Below, piece after piece: positions 28,225-37,221 of a DNA stretch of 38,253 bases (its first letter is position 1; each line of letters starts with the position of its first letter). The translations under genes were made by a program, and so were the position numbers. Source of the DNA: a virus (Duplodnaviria; Heunggongvirae; Uroviricota; Caudoviricetes). The notes beneath the pieces were generated by a model. The model had not been told where the DNA came from. It saw only the letters and a list, made by a program, of their open reading frames with translations, and made no database searches. The stretch lies in the IMG/VR virus record IMGVR_UViG_2778261538_000002; one strand, 5' to 3'.

Positions 28225-30639
28225 TTAATACAGGTTCCGCCATTTATCATCCTCCTGCAGACGCTGGTTCCGATAGAAGATACGCAGGCCTGCTTCTGAC
28301 GGAATACTGCCGCCGCGAAGGAGTAAATCGACCTCTTTCTCGCTGCCATCAAATCCTCTGGACTTCAGCTCATAGACGAGCTGCAGTCGTTGATGGTCTG
28401 TAATTCGCTGTTTGTAGTCTTTACGCCGTATCGGTTTAACCAGGCGTAACCTTGCAGCCAGTTCCCGGCGCTCTTTTTTGCTCATACTGTGCAGGTAATC
28501 GTGCAACTCCTTGTCATCCATGCGGGTAATGTCCGTTCTGGTGTCCCCATCAGCTGATTTATCTTTCTCCTGTTGGTTCAAATTTTCAGCAAGGGGACAG
28601 TTATTGCCACGAGTCCAAGGGGCGCAAGCGCCCTGGTCGGCTGCCGCCTCCTGAACGTCAACGGCCTTACGAACCATTTTCCACTTCACGGCATGAGTGC
28701 AGATCTTGCCCTCTGCAATGGGTGACCAGATGCCATAAATACGAATGCCGTGATCGCCATAGGCGGTCGGCTCTTCGTTAATTTCATAAGCGGTTCTGAT
28801 GAGGTGATATTTGCGGGGAACCAGTACGCCGCCCTGCTTCATGATGTAGGTGGCAAAACAACCAGCATCAGCAGCAGCCAGGATGGCATCAAGGCGCGGG
28901 TTATCCAGTACCGGCGCACCTGCTTTTTTGTCGCCCTGTTGCCTTGCCGCCTGACCAGCCAGCAATCGCAGTTCACGGTAAGCCTGACGCCCCGGAATGC
29001 CAAAGAAGCGGAATTGCTGAACACGATGCAGAGACGCCCAGGCATTAACGTATTCAGCGTTATCACGCAGGGATTTACCCGTTTCCTTACTGATCTCGCC
29101 AGCCAGACCACGCCCGTCAATGTTCTTACTGATGTATTTCGCGATGTAGCTTGTTGGCGTACCTTTGCGCGGGTTTATCAGCTCAGACTTAAAGCGTGGT
29201 CCCGTGTTATTACCCAGCTCCTCGCGGTCTTCACGAATGGCAAACTTACGCAACAAAGCAGTAATGGCGCGGCGATCTTTTTTGCGCATAAAACACAACA
29301 GGTGCCAGTGAACTGTACCGTCATGATGCGGCTCAGCCACCCGCACGCCATACCAGCGCAATCCGGCTTTGTGCATCGCCTTACGAAATGCAGCAAACAT
29401 GCCGACCAGATAATCACTGCTTTGTCTTACCGTCGCATTTGTCCAGGTCGGGTTGGGCCTGCCGTTATTTAGCGTGGAATGGAAACGTGACGGACAGGTG
29501 ATGGTGTAGAAAACGGCGCAGTCACCGCGCATTTCCGCGATAAGCTCCAGACCTTTAACACAGGCCATCATCTCATTGCGGCGATGCGCAGGGTTGCTGC
29601 TGCTGGCGTTTACCACATCCTCCATGTCCAGCGTGTCGCCGTCTTCGTTCACCAGTTCATGAGAACGGAAAAACTCCAGCGACTTACGGCGCTGCTCACG
29701 TTTATGCATCACGGCTTCATAGCTGACATAGGGAGATGCTTTTTTGCTGACCAGGCAAACAGCACGCAACTGCTCTTCCCGCCATTCGCAACGCATCTTC
29801 CATAATTTCCGGTACCACCAGTCGGCGCACAACATACGCGCCAGCGAACCCGGAATGAGTTCATAGGGCACGGGTTTACGGCGGTTTCTTTTCCGGCGGA
29901 GTTGCTCAAACGCAGGCGGTATGACATCCAGTCGCAGGGTTTCTGCTGCCACCTTTTCCCATGTCTTGCGGATTTCTTCTGGCTTAACATCATCGGTGGC
30001 GTACAAATCACCACAAGCGGCATCAAGACACATGCTCATATGCGCAGCGACAAGAGTAGACAGGCGTTTCACCTGATCCTGACTCATTTCAGGCAAGTTC
30101 AGCAGGCCGTCCAGCCCTTCATGGCTTGCCATAAAGCGAAAAGAAGTGGATAGCTGACTCTCGCGTACATGCTCCAGTCGTTCCAGACATGGCTTAATCG
30201 TCTCACGCAAATAGCGGGAATAAGCCTTTGGCCTGCCCAGGCTGCTGAAGTATTCAATACGTTGCATCAGCGGCTTGCTGATATGGGAAGGCTGGGCGTT
30301 AACGTCCGCCAGTATGACCATGTCCGGATTAAAACGCTGCTGCTCATGCGCCAGCTTTGCCCGGCTAATGAGCTTATCCTGCTCCATTTCGCGTTGGACA
30401 GGATCACGGGATTCATTAAAGAAATAACGCTCCCAGACCTGATCACTCAGTGCCTCGAGGCGCAGTTGTTCCTGCTCGTTATCGGCAGCGTACAGAGTGA
30501 TCAGGTTTGAAAGCGCAGAAACCGGCGCAACTTCCGCCGGGTCCAGATAAGGGTTAATAGCCTTTTTCGGGCTGTTCCATGAGAATGCTGCGGCGGCCTC
30601 GTTAAAGCCGCTGCAGTTGTTCATATCAGCATGGCTCAT
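28225..30639 (-). CDS. A: replication initiation protein A (rolling-circle nickase)
   Basis: about 804 aa from the ATG at 30639 (ORF track begins at an upstream TTG); HUH-type [10 protein letters not shown] motif and tyrosine pair YIAKYISK; ATGA-coupled to dam. Confidence 0.88.
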   Translation of the reverse strand: MSHADMNNCSGFNEAAAAFSWNSPKKAINPYLDPAEVAPVSALSNLITLYAADNEQEQLRLEALSDQVWERYFFNESRDPVQREMEQDKLISRAKLAHEQQRFNPDMVILADVNAQPSHISKPLMQRIEYFSSLGRPKAYSRYLRETIKPCLERLEHVRESQLSTSFRFMASHEGLDGLLNLPEMSQDQVKRLSTLVAAHMSMCLDAACGDLYATDDVKPEEIRKTWEKVAAETLRLDVIPPAFEQLRRKRNRRKPVPYELIPGSLARMLCADWWYRKLWKMRCEWREEQLRAVCLVSKKASPYVSYEAVMHKREQRRKSLEFFRSHELVNEDGDTLDMEDVVNASSSNPAHRRNEMMACVKGLELIAEMRGDCAVFYTITCPSRFHSTLNNGRPNPTWTNATVRQSSDYLVGMFAAFRKAMHKAGLRWYGVRVAEPHHDGTVHWHLLCFMRKKDRRAITALLRKFAIREDREELGNNTGPRFKSELINPRKGTPTSYIAKYISKNIDGRGLAGEISKETGKSLRDNAEYVNAWASLHRVQQFRFFGIPGRQAYRELRLLAGQAARQQGDKKAGAPVLDNPRLDAILAAADAGCFATYIMKQGGVLVPRKYHLIRTAYEINEEPTAYGDHGIRIYGIWSPIAEGKICTHAVKWKMVRKAVDVQEAAADQGACAPWTRGNNCPLAENLNQQEKDKSADGDTRTDITRMDDKELHDYLHSMSKKERRELAARLRLVKPIRRKDYKQRITDHQRLQLVYELKSRGFDGSEKEVDLLLRGGSIPSEAGLRIFYRNQRLQEDDKWRNLY

Positions 30640-31493
30640 GCACGCACTCCGTACACGACGGAACAATCCACGCCACGCGAAGGATCAAATCCTACCCAGC
30701 AGCGCGGCCCGGAAACAGCGATGATTTCTGTTGCAGATTTACTCTCACCAGCTGCCACGCCGATGCTGCGTTTTGCCTTGATGTAGTGGTGAGTAAAATT
30801 GCGATACAGCGAACGGATCAGGGATGTGTCACTGTTAGAAACAATGACCGGATGTCCTTCTGATGACCGATGTTCAAGAACGGATGCCAAGTGATACTGG
30901 TCATCTTCAGTGAAGCCGTCAGTGTGATAGCCGGAAAACGTACCGTCATAAGGCGGATCGCAATACACCACATCCCCCGCCTTCAACATCGCCAGCGTTT
31001 CATCAAAGCTTGCGCAGATAAACGTTGCCCGCTGGGCTTTCTCTGCAAATGCGCGAATTTCTTTTTCAGGGAAATACGGATTTTTATAATTACCGTACGG
31101 AATGTTGAAATGCCCGCTCTTGTTATAGCGACATAACCCACGGTAACCATGACGATTGAGATACAGGAAATATACCGCTTTCATGAAATCAGTAATTTCA
31201 GTGGAGTAATTAAACTCCTGCCTTATGTTGTAATAAGCCACCTCCCTGTTTGCTTCCTCAAATAAAGCTCTGGCACGAGATATAAACGCCTCGCAATCAG
31301 CAGCAACCTTTTTATAGAGGTTGATTAAATCAGGATTAATATCCGCAACAAGATAGCTGGGGTAATCCGTCTCCATCATCACAGCACAGGAACCCGCGAA
31401 AGGTTCAACCAGTCGCGGGCCTGCAGGAAGATGTTTTTTCAGTTCGGACATAATGGCGGTTTTATTTCCCGCCCATTTCAGGATGGTGCTCAT
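30636..31493 (-). CDS. dam: DNA adenine methyltransferase (Dam-like)
   Basis: ORF 30636-31553 trimmed to Met21 ([11 protein letters not shown]); motif [10 protein letters not shown] and motif IV DPPY. Confidence 0.85.
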   Translation of the reverse strand: MSTILKWAGNKTAIMSELKKHLPAGPRLVEPFAGSCAVMMETDYPSYLVADINPDLINLYKKVAADCEAFISRARALFEEANREVAYYNIRQEFNYSTEITDFMKAVYFLYLNRHGYRGLCRYNKSGHFNIPYGNYKNPYFPEKEIRAFAEKAQRATFICASFDETLAMLKAGDVVYCDPPYDGTFSGYHTDGFTEDDQYHLASVLEHRSSEGHPVIVSNSDTSLIRSLYRNFTHHYIKAKRSIGVAAGESKSATEIIAVSGPRCWVGFDPSRGVDCSVVYGVRA

Positions 31494-31717
31494 ACAACAC
31501 CTCCGTTGTAATGTTTGCCTTTCAGCTCTGCGATTTCCTGACAGGTAATGCAAAGCTGCACTCCAGGAATGGCGCGGCGTCGTGCTGGCGGAATTGGCGC
31601 TTCACATTCAATACAAAGCACACGAGACACGCCCGGTGTTTTGGCACGGGCAGCACGGATATAGCGCTGGCGTTCTTCTTCAACGCGCTGCTGTACGAGA
31701 TCCATTGCATCAGCCAT
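31490..31717 (-). CDS. DksA/TraR-family C4 zinc-finger protein
   Basis: 75 aa; CIECEAPIP...CITCQE zinc finger; position equivalent to P2 orf82. Confidence 0.75.
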   Translation of the reverse strand: MADAMDLVQQRVEEERQRYIRAARAKTPGVSRVLCIECEAPIPPARRRAIPGVQLCITCQEIAELKGKHYNGGVV

Positions 31718-31956
31718 TAGTGGATCTCCTGCGCTTCGTTCTGGATTGCTTCAGCAGTCACACGCAGCAGTTCTGCCGCTTCGACGTGGTTTAGCTGGCG
31801 GGATGTGATATGACACGCCAGGCTATCAAGGCGAGCTGCCATTGCTTCAGCCCTTGCCCGGCGTTCTTCCAGACGAGCCTCTGTCAGTAAAATATTAAGC
31901 CCTGCATCATCCGGTCCGGTTTTAGTCGTGAGGGTTTCAATATTACGCATAATCAA
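31717..31956 (-). CDS. hypothetical early protein
   Basis: 79-aa ORF, coiled-coil-like, coupled to the downstream gene. Confidence 0.5.
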   Translation of the reverse strand: MIMRNIETLTTKTGPDDAGLNILLTEARLEERRARAEAMAARLDSLACHITSRQLNHVEAAELLRVTAEAIQNEAQEIH

Positions 31957-32017
31957 TTCTCCTGAATTTAGATAAATGGATGCCCGGCGGGTTTACGCCA
32001 TTAATTTCATTAGTTGC

Positions 32018-32359
32018 TTAATTCGGCATGGTTAGCCGTCTGGGAAATAAGCTCACCACTGCACGAAAATGATTCATTGCTTTAATCAACTCCCGCTTTT
32101 CGTCAGTGGTCAGCTCATTAATGCTGATGCTATGACGTTCAGCTGGAATTTTTGCCATAAAGAATATGGCAGCCAATGCCCGTTTATTTTGTTCATTATT
32201 GATATCCCGTGGATCACGCATATCTTTAATAAACCGCTCAAGCTCTGACTCAATATTCAGGCCAAATACTTTCGCCCTTAATTCTGCAATGTGATTAAGT
32301 CCATTCAGGCGTTCACCGGGGCTTAATGGAACAGTCGCCGCAGCGCCATTAATTGCCAT
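32018..32359 (-). CDS. hypothetical early protein
   Basis: 113-aa ORF in the early operon; not recognised. Confidence 0.5.
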   Translation of the reverse strand: MAINGAAATVPLSPGERLNGLNHIAELRAKVFGLNIESELERFIKDMRDPRDINNEQNKRALAAIFFMAKIPAERHSISINELTTDEKRELIKAMNHFRAVVSLFPRRLTMPN

Positions 32360-32381
32360 ACTTCATATCCCCCAAACGCAC

Positions 32382-32606
32382 CTATCGTTCTTTGTTCTTA
32401 CGGTAACGCTCAAGGGGAGATACATTTTTTCGTACCGTCTCTTTAACCTGCTCTCCCCGTAAAAACGTCCCATCCTTTAGCGTGAAAAAGTAACTGCCAT
32501 CGCCCGACAACGACGGATAACAACAGAGCAAATCATCTTCAGGTACTGAATAACTCTCCCCTCTGTAACAAAACTGATAAACCACTTCACTTTCCGCTGC
32601 ATACAT
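32382..32606 (-). CDS. hypothetical early protein
   Basis: 74-aa acidic ORF; protein-like composition. Confidence 0.5.
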   Translation of the reverse strand: MYAAESEVVYQFCYRGESYSVPEDDLLCCYPSLSGDGSYFFTLKDGTFLRGEQVKETVRKNVSPLERYRKNKER

Positions 32607-32773
32607 TTTGACTTTCTCCGTTTCCTCGTGGTCAATTCAGACAGCAATTCATCTTGTGAATGACATGGATGCCAGCGTTTTCCATCCTCACCCATGATCC
32701 AGCCGTGACCGTAGTGCATTGCCGGGCTTTGTTTTACCAGCAGCGATGCAAATGATGGTTCTTTCGACAGCAT
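32477..32773 (-). CDS. hypothetical early protein (possible fil/dhr-region gene); 3' part doubtful
   Basis: ORF 32477-32803 from Met11; N-terminal about 55 aa look protein-like, the remainder overlaps the 74-aa ORF out of frame. Confidence 0.3.
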   Translation of the reverse strand: MLSKEPSFASLLVKQSPAMHYGHGWIMGEDGKRWHPCHSQDELLSELTTRKRRKSKCMQRKVKWFISFVTEGRVIQYLKMICSVVIRRCRAMAVTFSR

Positions 32774-32780
32774 AAGCACC

Positions 32781-33290
32781 TCACAGCAAACCGAATGAAG
32801 CACCGAGGCCAGTCACGGTATCAACCGCACTCGCCATCGCAGGGTTAGCCTGTAAACGGGCCTGCAATGAAACAGCAGCCAGCGCCATCAGTCGTGTTAC
32901 AGAGTTAATGCTGCTGATGGCATCACGACGACCTGCACTGGTTTTTACATCGCCAGATACCGCACCTGCAGCAACACGCCCGATCTCTGCGGTTGCACTC
33001 ATGACGTAATGTGGCAGTTTCTCTTTTGCCACCTCATTAATCGGCACACATGGCAGACAATGAATCTGAGCCAAAAAACCATCTACCAGCGTCGAATCTT
33101 CAGTCAGATCGGTAAGCAACCAGATTTCTGGTGCGGTTAATAAATGAGGTTGAGCTGGGTTCAGCTTGTTCCGCAGGATCTGCACATTCATGCCTGCACG
33201 TTCTGCCAGTTGCACCAGGTTGTGGCGCAGTGCGAATGCACGACAGGCTTCATCAAAATGTGGATGTTTGGAAACTTGGTAATCAAACAT
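32781..33290 (-). CDS. cII: CII-like lysogeny establishment protein
   Basis: 169 aa from Met19 ([20 protein letters not shown]...), nearly identical to coliphage 186 CII as I recall it. Confidence 0.85.
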   Translation of the reverse strand: MFDYQVSKHPHFDEACRAFALRHNLVQLAERAGMNVQILRNKLNPAQPHLLTAPEIWLLTDLTEDSTLVDGFLAQIHCLPCVPINEVAKEKLPHYVMSATAEIGRVAAGAVSGDVKTSAGRRDAISSINSVTRLMALAAVSLQARLQANPAMASAVDTVTGLGASFGLL

Positions 33291-33322
33291 AGTCGCCCCT
33301 CTTGATGTACCCCAAAATGGAA

Positions 33323-33544
33323 CTAGTTGAATACAACATTGCAATCAGTAAGTGCATCAACGGTAAGAGCAGCAAGGTTGATCATTACCTTTTCCCTTTT
33401 CTTGTCTTTCCGAAGGCGATGGCGAGGGATGCGACCATCTGCCAGCATATCGTTGATTGTGTCGATTGAAAGGCCAGTAAGTTCGCTATAACGCTCGATT
33501 GTGACGTGTGGCGTATTCAGAGTTATTGAAATGTTAGGTGTCAT
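33323..33544 (-). CDS. apl: Apl/Cox-like excisionase-repressor
   Basis: 73-aa HTH protein, first gene of the lytic operon, divergent from the repressor gene. Confidence 0.75.
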   Translation of the reverse strand: MTPNISITLNTPHVTIERYSELTGLSIDTINDMLADGRIPRHRLRKDKKREKVMINLAALTVDALTDCNVVFN

Positions 33545-33632
33545 GATGCAACATCTCCTTTTAGCTTGTGGTGAGCTGGTTTTAATCGTGATAACAACAT
33601 CACAAAACGGAGAATAGGTTCACATAACGAAC
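33545..33632. promoter_or_regulatory. lysis-lysogeny switch region (pR/pL and operators)
   Basis: 88-bp interval between apl and the repressor gene; architecture by analogy with 186; individual promoters not resolved. Confidence 0.5.
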
Positions 33633-34583
33633 ATGTCAACTCAAAAATTCACATTTCGCCATATCAAAGAGGATGCGAAAGCCATTGTTATGCAGAATCG
33701 TGGGGGACAGAAAGTCATTGAGCGAATACTCAAAGCTTATGGCTTCAAGTCACGCCAAGCGTTCTGTAACCATCTTGGTATTTCACAAAGTACGATGGCC
33801 AATAGATATGCTCGCGATACATTTCCTGCTGATTGGGTTGTTATATGCTCAATGGAAACAGGAGCATCTTTGGAATGGCTGGCGTTTGGTTCTGATGCGG
33901 CAGAAGAAATACTCTCAACTGCTCCAAATGGATACAACGAAGACGACCAGCGAGATGACGTTGAAAGTGACAATCATATACCTTCCTTTAATTTTCATAA
34001 TGATCATCAAGTCGATTTCAATCAGGGAGGAAAAGCGGCAATAGAACGGATAGTTAAGGCTTATGGCTTTAAAACTCGTCAAGCACTGGCAGATCATCTT
34101 GGTATATCAAAAAGTACATTAGCTACACGCTATATGCGTGACTCATTCCCTGCTGATTGGATAATACAGTGTGCCCTTGAAACTGGATTCTCATTGAAAT
34201 GGCTTGTTGATGGGCAAGGACTTAATAAAAGTTCACAAAATGAAAACATTGTGTGCATAAACAAGTACGTGCTTGCCGATGGTGCACTCGAAATGAAGGG
34301 TAACTACATTTTTGATAAGTCCTTTGTACCTAAGTCGATTAAAGATCCAATGTTAATATTTGATGGCAGCAGGATATACTTAGCTGAGGGGAACTTTGAC
34401 GAAATTAGCGATGGATTGTGGTTTGTTGAAATTGAAGGAAAAATCAGTGTTCGCGAGGTAATAAGAATACCGGTAGGTAAAGTAAGAGTAACGAGCTCAA
34501 ACTCAAATATTACTTTTGACTGTGCAATTAATGAACTCAAACCGGTTGCAAAATGCCAGTTCAACCTAATGACTATAATATAA
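33633..34583 (+). CDS. cI: CI-type immunity repressor with duplicated N-terminal HTH domain
   Basis: 316 aa; two tandem copies of a 186-CI-like HTH module (ERILKAYGFKSRQAF...HLGISQSTMANRY..FPADW and ERIVKAYGFKTRQAL...HLGISKSTLATRY..FPADW) plus a CI-like C-terminal domain. Confidence 0.8.
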   Translation: MSTQKFTFRHIKEDAKAIVMQNRGGQKVIERILKAYGFKSRQAFCNHLGISQSTMANRYARDTFPADWVVICSMETGASLEWLAFGSDAAEEILSTAPNGYNEDDQRDDVESDNHIPSFNFHNDHQVDFNQGGKAAIERIVKAYGFKTRQALADHLGISKSTLATRYMRDSFPADWIIQCALETGFSLKWLVDGQGLNKSSQNENIVCINKYVLADGALEMKGNYIFDKSFVPKSIKDPMLIFDGSRIYLAEGNFDEISDGLWFVEIEGKISVREVIRIPVGKVRVTSSNSNITFDCAINELKPVAKCQFNLMTII

Positions 34584-34614
34584 ATTTATTTGACCGATAA
34601 CGAATGGTGTTGTT

Positions 34615-35733
34615 ATGTCTAGAAGTTTTGCTATTTGGGGATGCCGAAACTACGCTAAAGGCCCAGGAGAGGATTATAATGAGACTCAAGCAGATTTTAT
34701 AAACGAACTACACATCAACTTTTGGAATATCACATCCCAAAAATGCTATCATCTAGATTTTGGCATATCATTTTCTCGCCCCCAAGATAATGAAATTTCA
34801 GAACAGGGTGCAATCTGTTTATTTTTACCGTTTGTAAAAGAAAAAGATGACTTCATTGATTTAAGTACGAACCTAGATAGCAGCAAAGAACTGATCACCG
34901 CGGTTTTTAATGAATACGTCATAAATAAAGACTCAATAAACGAGAAACACTTATTATTAAATTTAACACGAAAAGGTAAACTAATAGTTAATACAAAACT
35001 TGATTTTCAAGGGGGGGCATTCGACAAAAGAATCACATTGAGAAAGAGGAATGATGGGACATATGTATTTTTCCATCTGCAGGATTGTTTGTCTAATTGC
35101 AATAATTGCAATTACTACATCAGATTCAGAATTAACCTAAATGAATCTGATGTTGAAGCAATTGTTAAAACATTCTATCCAAAAGATTTATTCTTAAAAA
35201 GCAATATTGAACGTTCTGATATTATAGATTTCAGAATTAACGAACAAAGAAATTTGCCAAACGAAGTCGCAACCACACTGGCCAGCGCCTCTTGCACTCC
35301 AAGCAAATATCATTTTTTCGTTATACGAGATATGGTTGACGAAGCATCGGCATCAGGTTCAAGCTATCAAGGTTGTCGTATTCTTGAATCAGAGACATGG
35401 AAAAAATACTTTTCAAATAATGTCAATTTTGGTAAGAACGATCCTATGATTTACCACTGGAAAGCTAAAAAGGATGATGGCGCACGGCTAGGTGACTTCT
35501 CTGTAGTAGTGAAGTTCAAGACTACTAAATCAAAAATTAGTAAAATATTTACATATATGTTCTATGCTGCAGCCATAGCATACATAATGAAATTTATTCC
35601 AACAGATGGTGTGCATAAAGACATTTATCTAATTTGCACCATTGCATTTATTGTAGCTTACATTGCCGCTCACTTTATTAAACCACAAAAATTATCCAAC
35701 TTTATTGCACTGGTGAAAAAATGGAAAAATTAA
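34615..35733 (+). CDS. hypothetical protein with C-terminal transmembrane helices (cargo gene 1)
   Basis: 372 aa; large soluble N-terminal region, two hydrophobic helices near the C-terminus; AT-rich; 32 nt after the cI stop. Confidence 0.7.
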   Translation: MSRSFAIWGCRNYAKGPGEDYNETQADFINELHINFWNITSQKCYHLDFGISFSRPQDNEISEQGAICLFLPFVKEKDDFIDLSTNLDSSKELITAVFNEYVINKDSINEKHLLLNLTRKGKLIVNTKLDFQGGAFDKRITLRKRNDGTYVFFHLQDCLSNCNNCNYYIRFRINLNESDVEAIVKTFYPKDLFLKSNIERSDIIDFRINEQRNLPNEVATTLASASCTPSKYHFFVIRDMVDEASASGSSYQGCRILESETWKKYFSNNVNFGKNDPMIYHWKAKKDDGARLGDFSVVVKFKTTKSKISKIFTYMFYAAAIAYIMKFIPTDGVHKDIYLICTIAFIVAYIAAHFIKPQKLSNFIALVKKWKN

Positions 35734-36800
35734 AACACATTCAGTTTAATGAAGTTAATTTTAACGATGTTTTTTTTGACTCCTTAAAAAAAGACTATCA
35801 ACATGGATTTATCGATTGGTTCAATAAAAAATGTAATTCTATCGAAGAAAAAGCTTATGTCTTATATAATGATGACAACACAATTGATGGTTTTTTATAC
35901 TTGAAAATTGAGCGTGGTATTATTGACGACGTAATACCACCTTTGACTCGTGCTAAACATCTAAAAATAGGCACATTTAAATTCAACCCGAAGGGGACTC
36001 TACGAGGACAAAGATTCCTCAAAAAGATTTTTGATCATGCACTAAAAGAAAAAGTAGATGATATCTATGTGACTGTTTTTGAAAAACATGATTATTTAAT
36101 TAGACTATTCAAAATTTATGGTTTTATTCATGTTGCTACAAAACAAACTGCTAATGGTAGTGAACAAGTCTTAGTAAGAGAGATGAATAAAAATCATCTT
36201 ACAGGGGATATTTTGTCTGATTATCCGTATATAAATAATAGCAACGATGAAAACAAATATCTGTTATCCATATATCCTGAATTCCATACAAAACTGTTTC
36301 CTGATTCGATACTCACCACAGAGTCCCCTGATATAATCACGGATGTATCTCATGCGAATAGCATTAGAAAAATATATATATGCAGAATGCATGACGTAAA
36401 AAAAATAAAAAGACATGACATTTTAGTTATTTACAGAACAAGTGACAAAGAAAACAGAGCGTATTATCGCTCTGTCGCAACGTCATTATGTGTAGTTGAA
36501 GATATTAGACATATTGATTCTTTTTATAGTGAAAAAGAATTCATACAGTATTGTACACGATACAGTGTATTCTCTGAAAATGAATTAAAAAAATCCTATC
36601 AAACAAAAAGATACCCTTACATTATTAGTTTTACATATAATCTAGCTTTACCTAAAAGAATAAACCGTGCTAAACTAATCAAAGAAATTGGTTTAAATCC
36701 TAAAAACCGTTGGGGTGTTGTTAAATTAACCGATGAGCAATTTGACGATATAATTAAACTTGGTGCTGTAGATGAAAGTATTATTGTCAATAAAACCTGA
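35721..36800 (+). CDS. hypothetical protein, N-terminal GNAT-like fold fused to an unknown C-terminal domain (cargo gene 2)
   Basis: 359 aa; N-terminal 150 aa have GNAT-like topology (…KIGTFKF…RGQRFLKKIF…YLIRLFKIYGF…); overlaps neighbouring genes at both ends. Confidence 0.65.
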   Translation: MEKLKHIQFNEVNFNDVFFDSLKKDYQHGFIDWFNKKCNSIEEKAYVLYNDDNTIDGFLYLKIERGIIDDVIPPLTRAKHLKIGTFKFNPKGTLRGQRFLKKIFDHALKEKVDDIYVTVFEKHDYLIRLFKIYGFIHVATKQTANGSEQVLVREMNKNHLTGDILSDYPYINNSNDENKYLLSIYPEFHTKLFPDSILTTESPDIITDVSHANSIRKIYICRMHDVKKIKRHDILVIYRTSDKENRAYYRSVATSLCVVEDIRHIDSFYSEKEFIQYCTRYSVFSENELKKSYQTKRYPYIISFTYNLALPKRINRAKLIKEIGLNPKNRWGVVKLTDEQFDDIIKLGAVDESIIVNKT

Positions 36801-37143
36801 ATTTGTTGAAAAAATCCTTAATGGGACGAAGAAGTTTGAATTCAGGAAAGGTATTTTTAAAAAACCGGATGTAAAATCTGTGGTTATTTATTCAACAATG
36901 CCTGTCGGTAAAGTTGTTGCTGAATTTGACATTGCAGATGTTATAGAAGATAAGCCGAGTATTGTATGGGAAAAAACAAGCCAATACGCAGGTATCAGTA
37001 AACAATTTTTTGACTCTTATTTTCATAGCAAAGAAAAAGCCTTTGCTATAGAAATTGGTAATCTAAAAATCTATGACCAACCACTTCATCTAAGTTCATT
37101 AGGTGATAACATAACGGCCCCGCAATCATATCGGTACTTATGA
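36772..37143 (+). CDS. ASCH-domain protein (cargo gene 3)
   Basis: 123 aa; MKVLLSIKPEFVEKILNGTKKFEFRK is a typical ASCH N-terminus. Confidence 0.7.
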   Translation: MKVLLSIKPEFVEKILNGTKKFEFRKGIFKKPDVKSVVIYSTMPVGKVVAEFDIADVIEDKPSIVWEKTSQYAGISKQFFDSYFHSKEKAFAIEIGNLKIYDQPLHLSSLGDNITAPQSYRYL

Positions 37144-37221
37144 TGTATGTAACCTTAAGCATCATACATTGACACTGGTTATATATACAGTAAAAATGCT
37201 CTCCACTGGAGGGCATTTTTT

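Noticed and set aside
28750-29472. 240-aa ORF antisense to replication gene A
   Set aside because: Embedded in a gene with clear catalytic motifs; no independent support.
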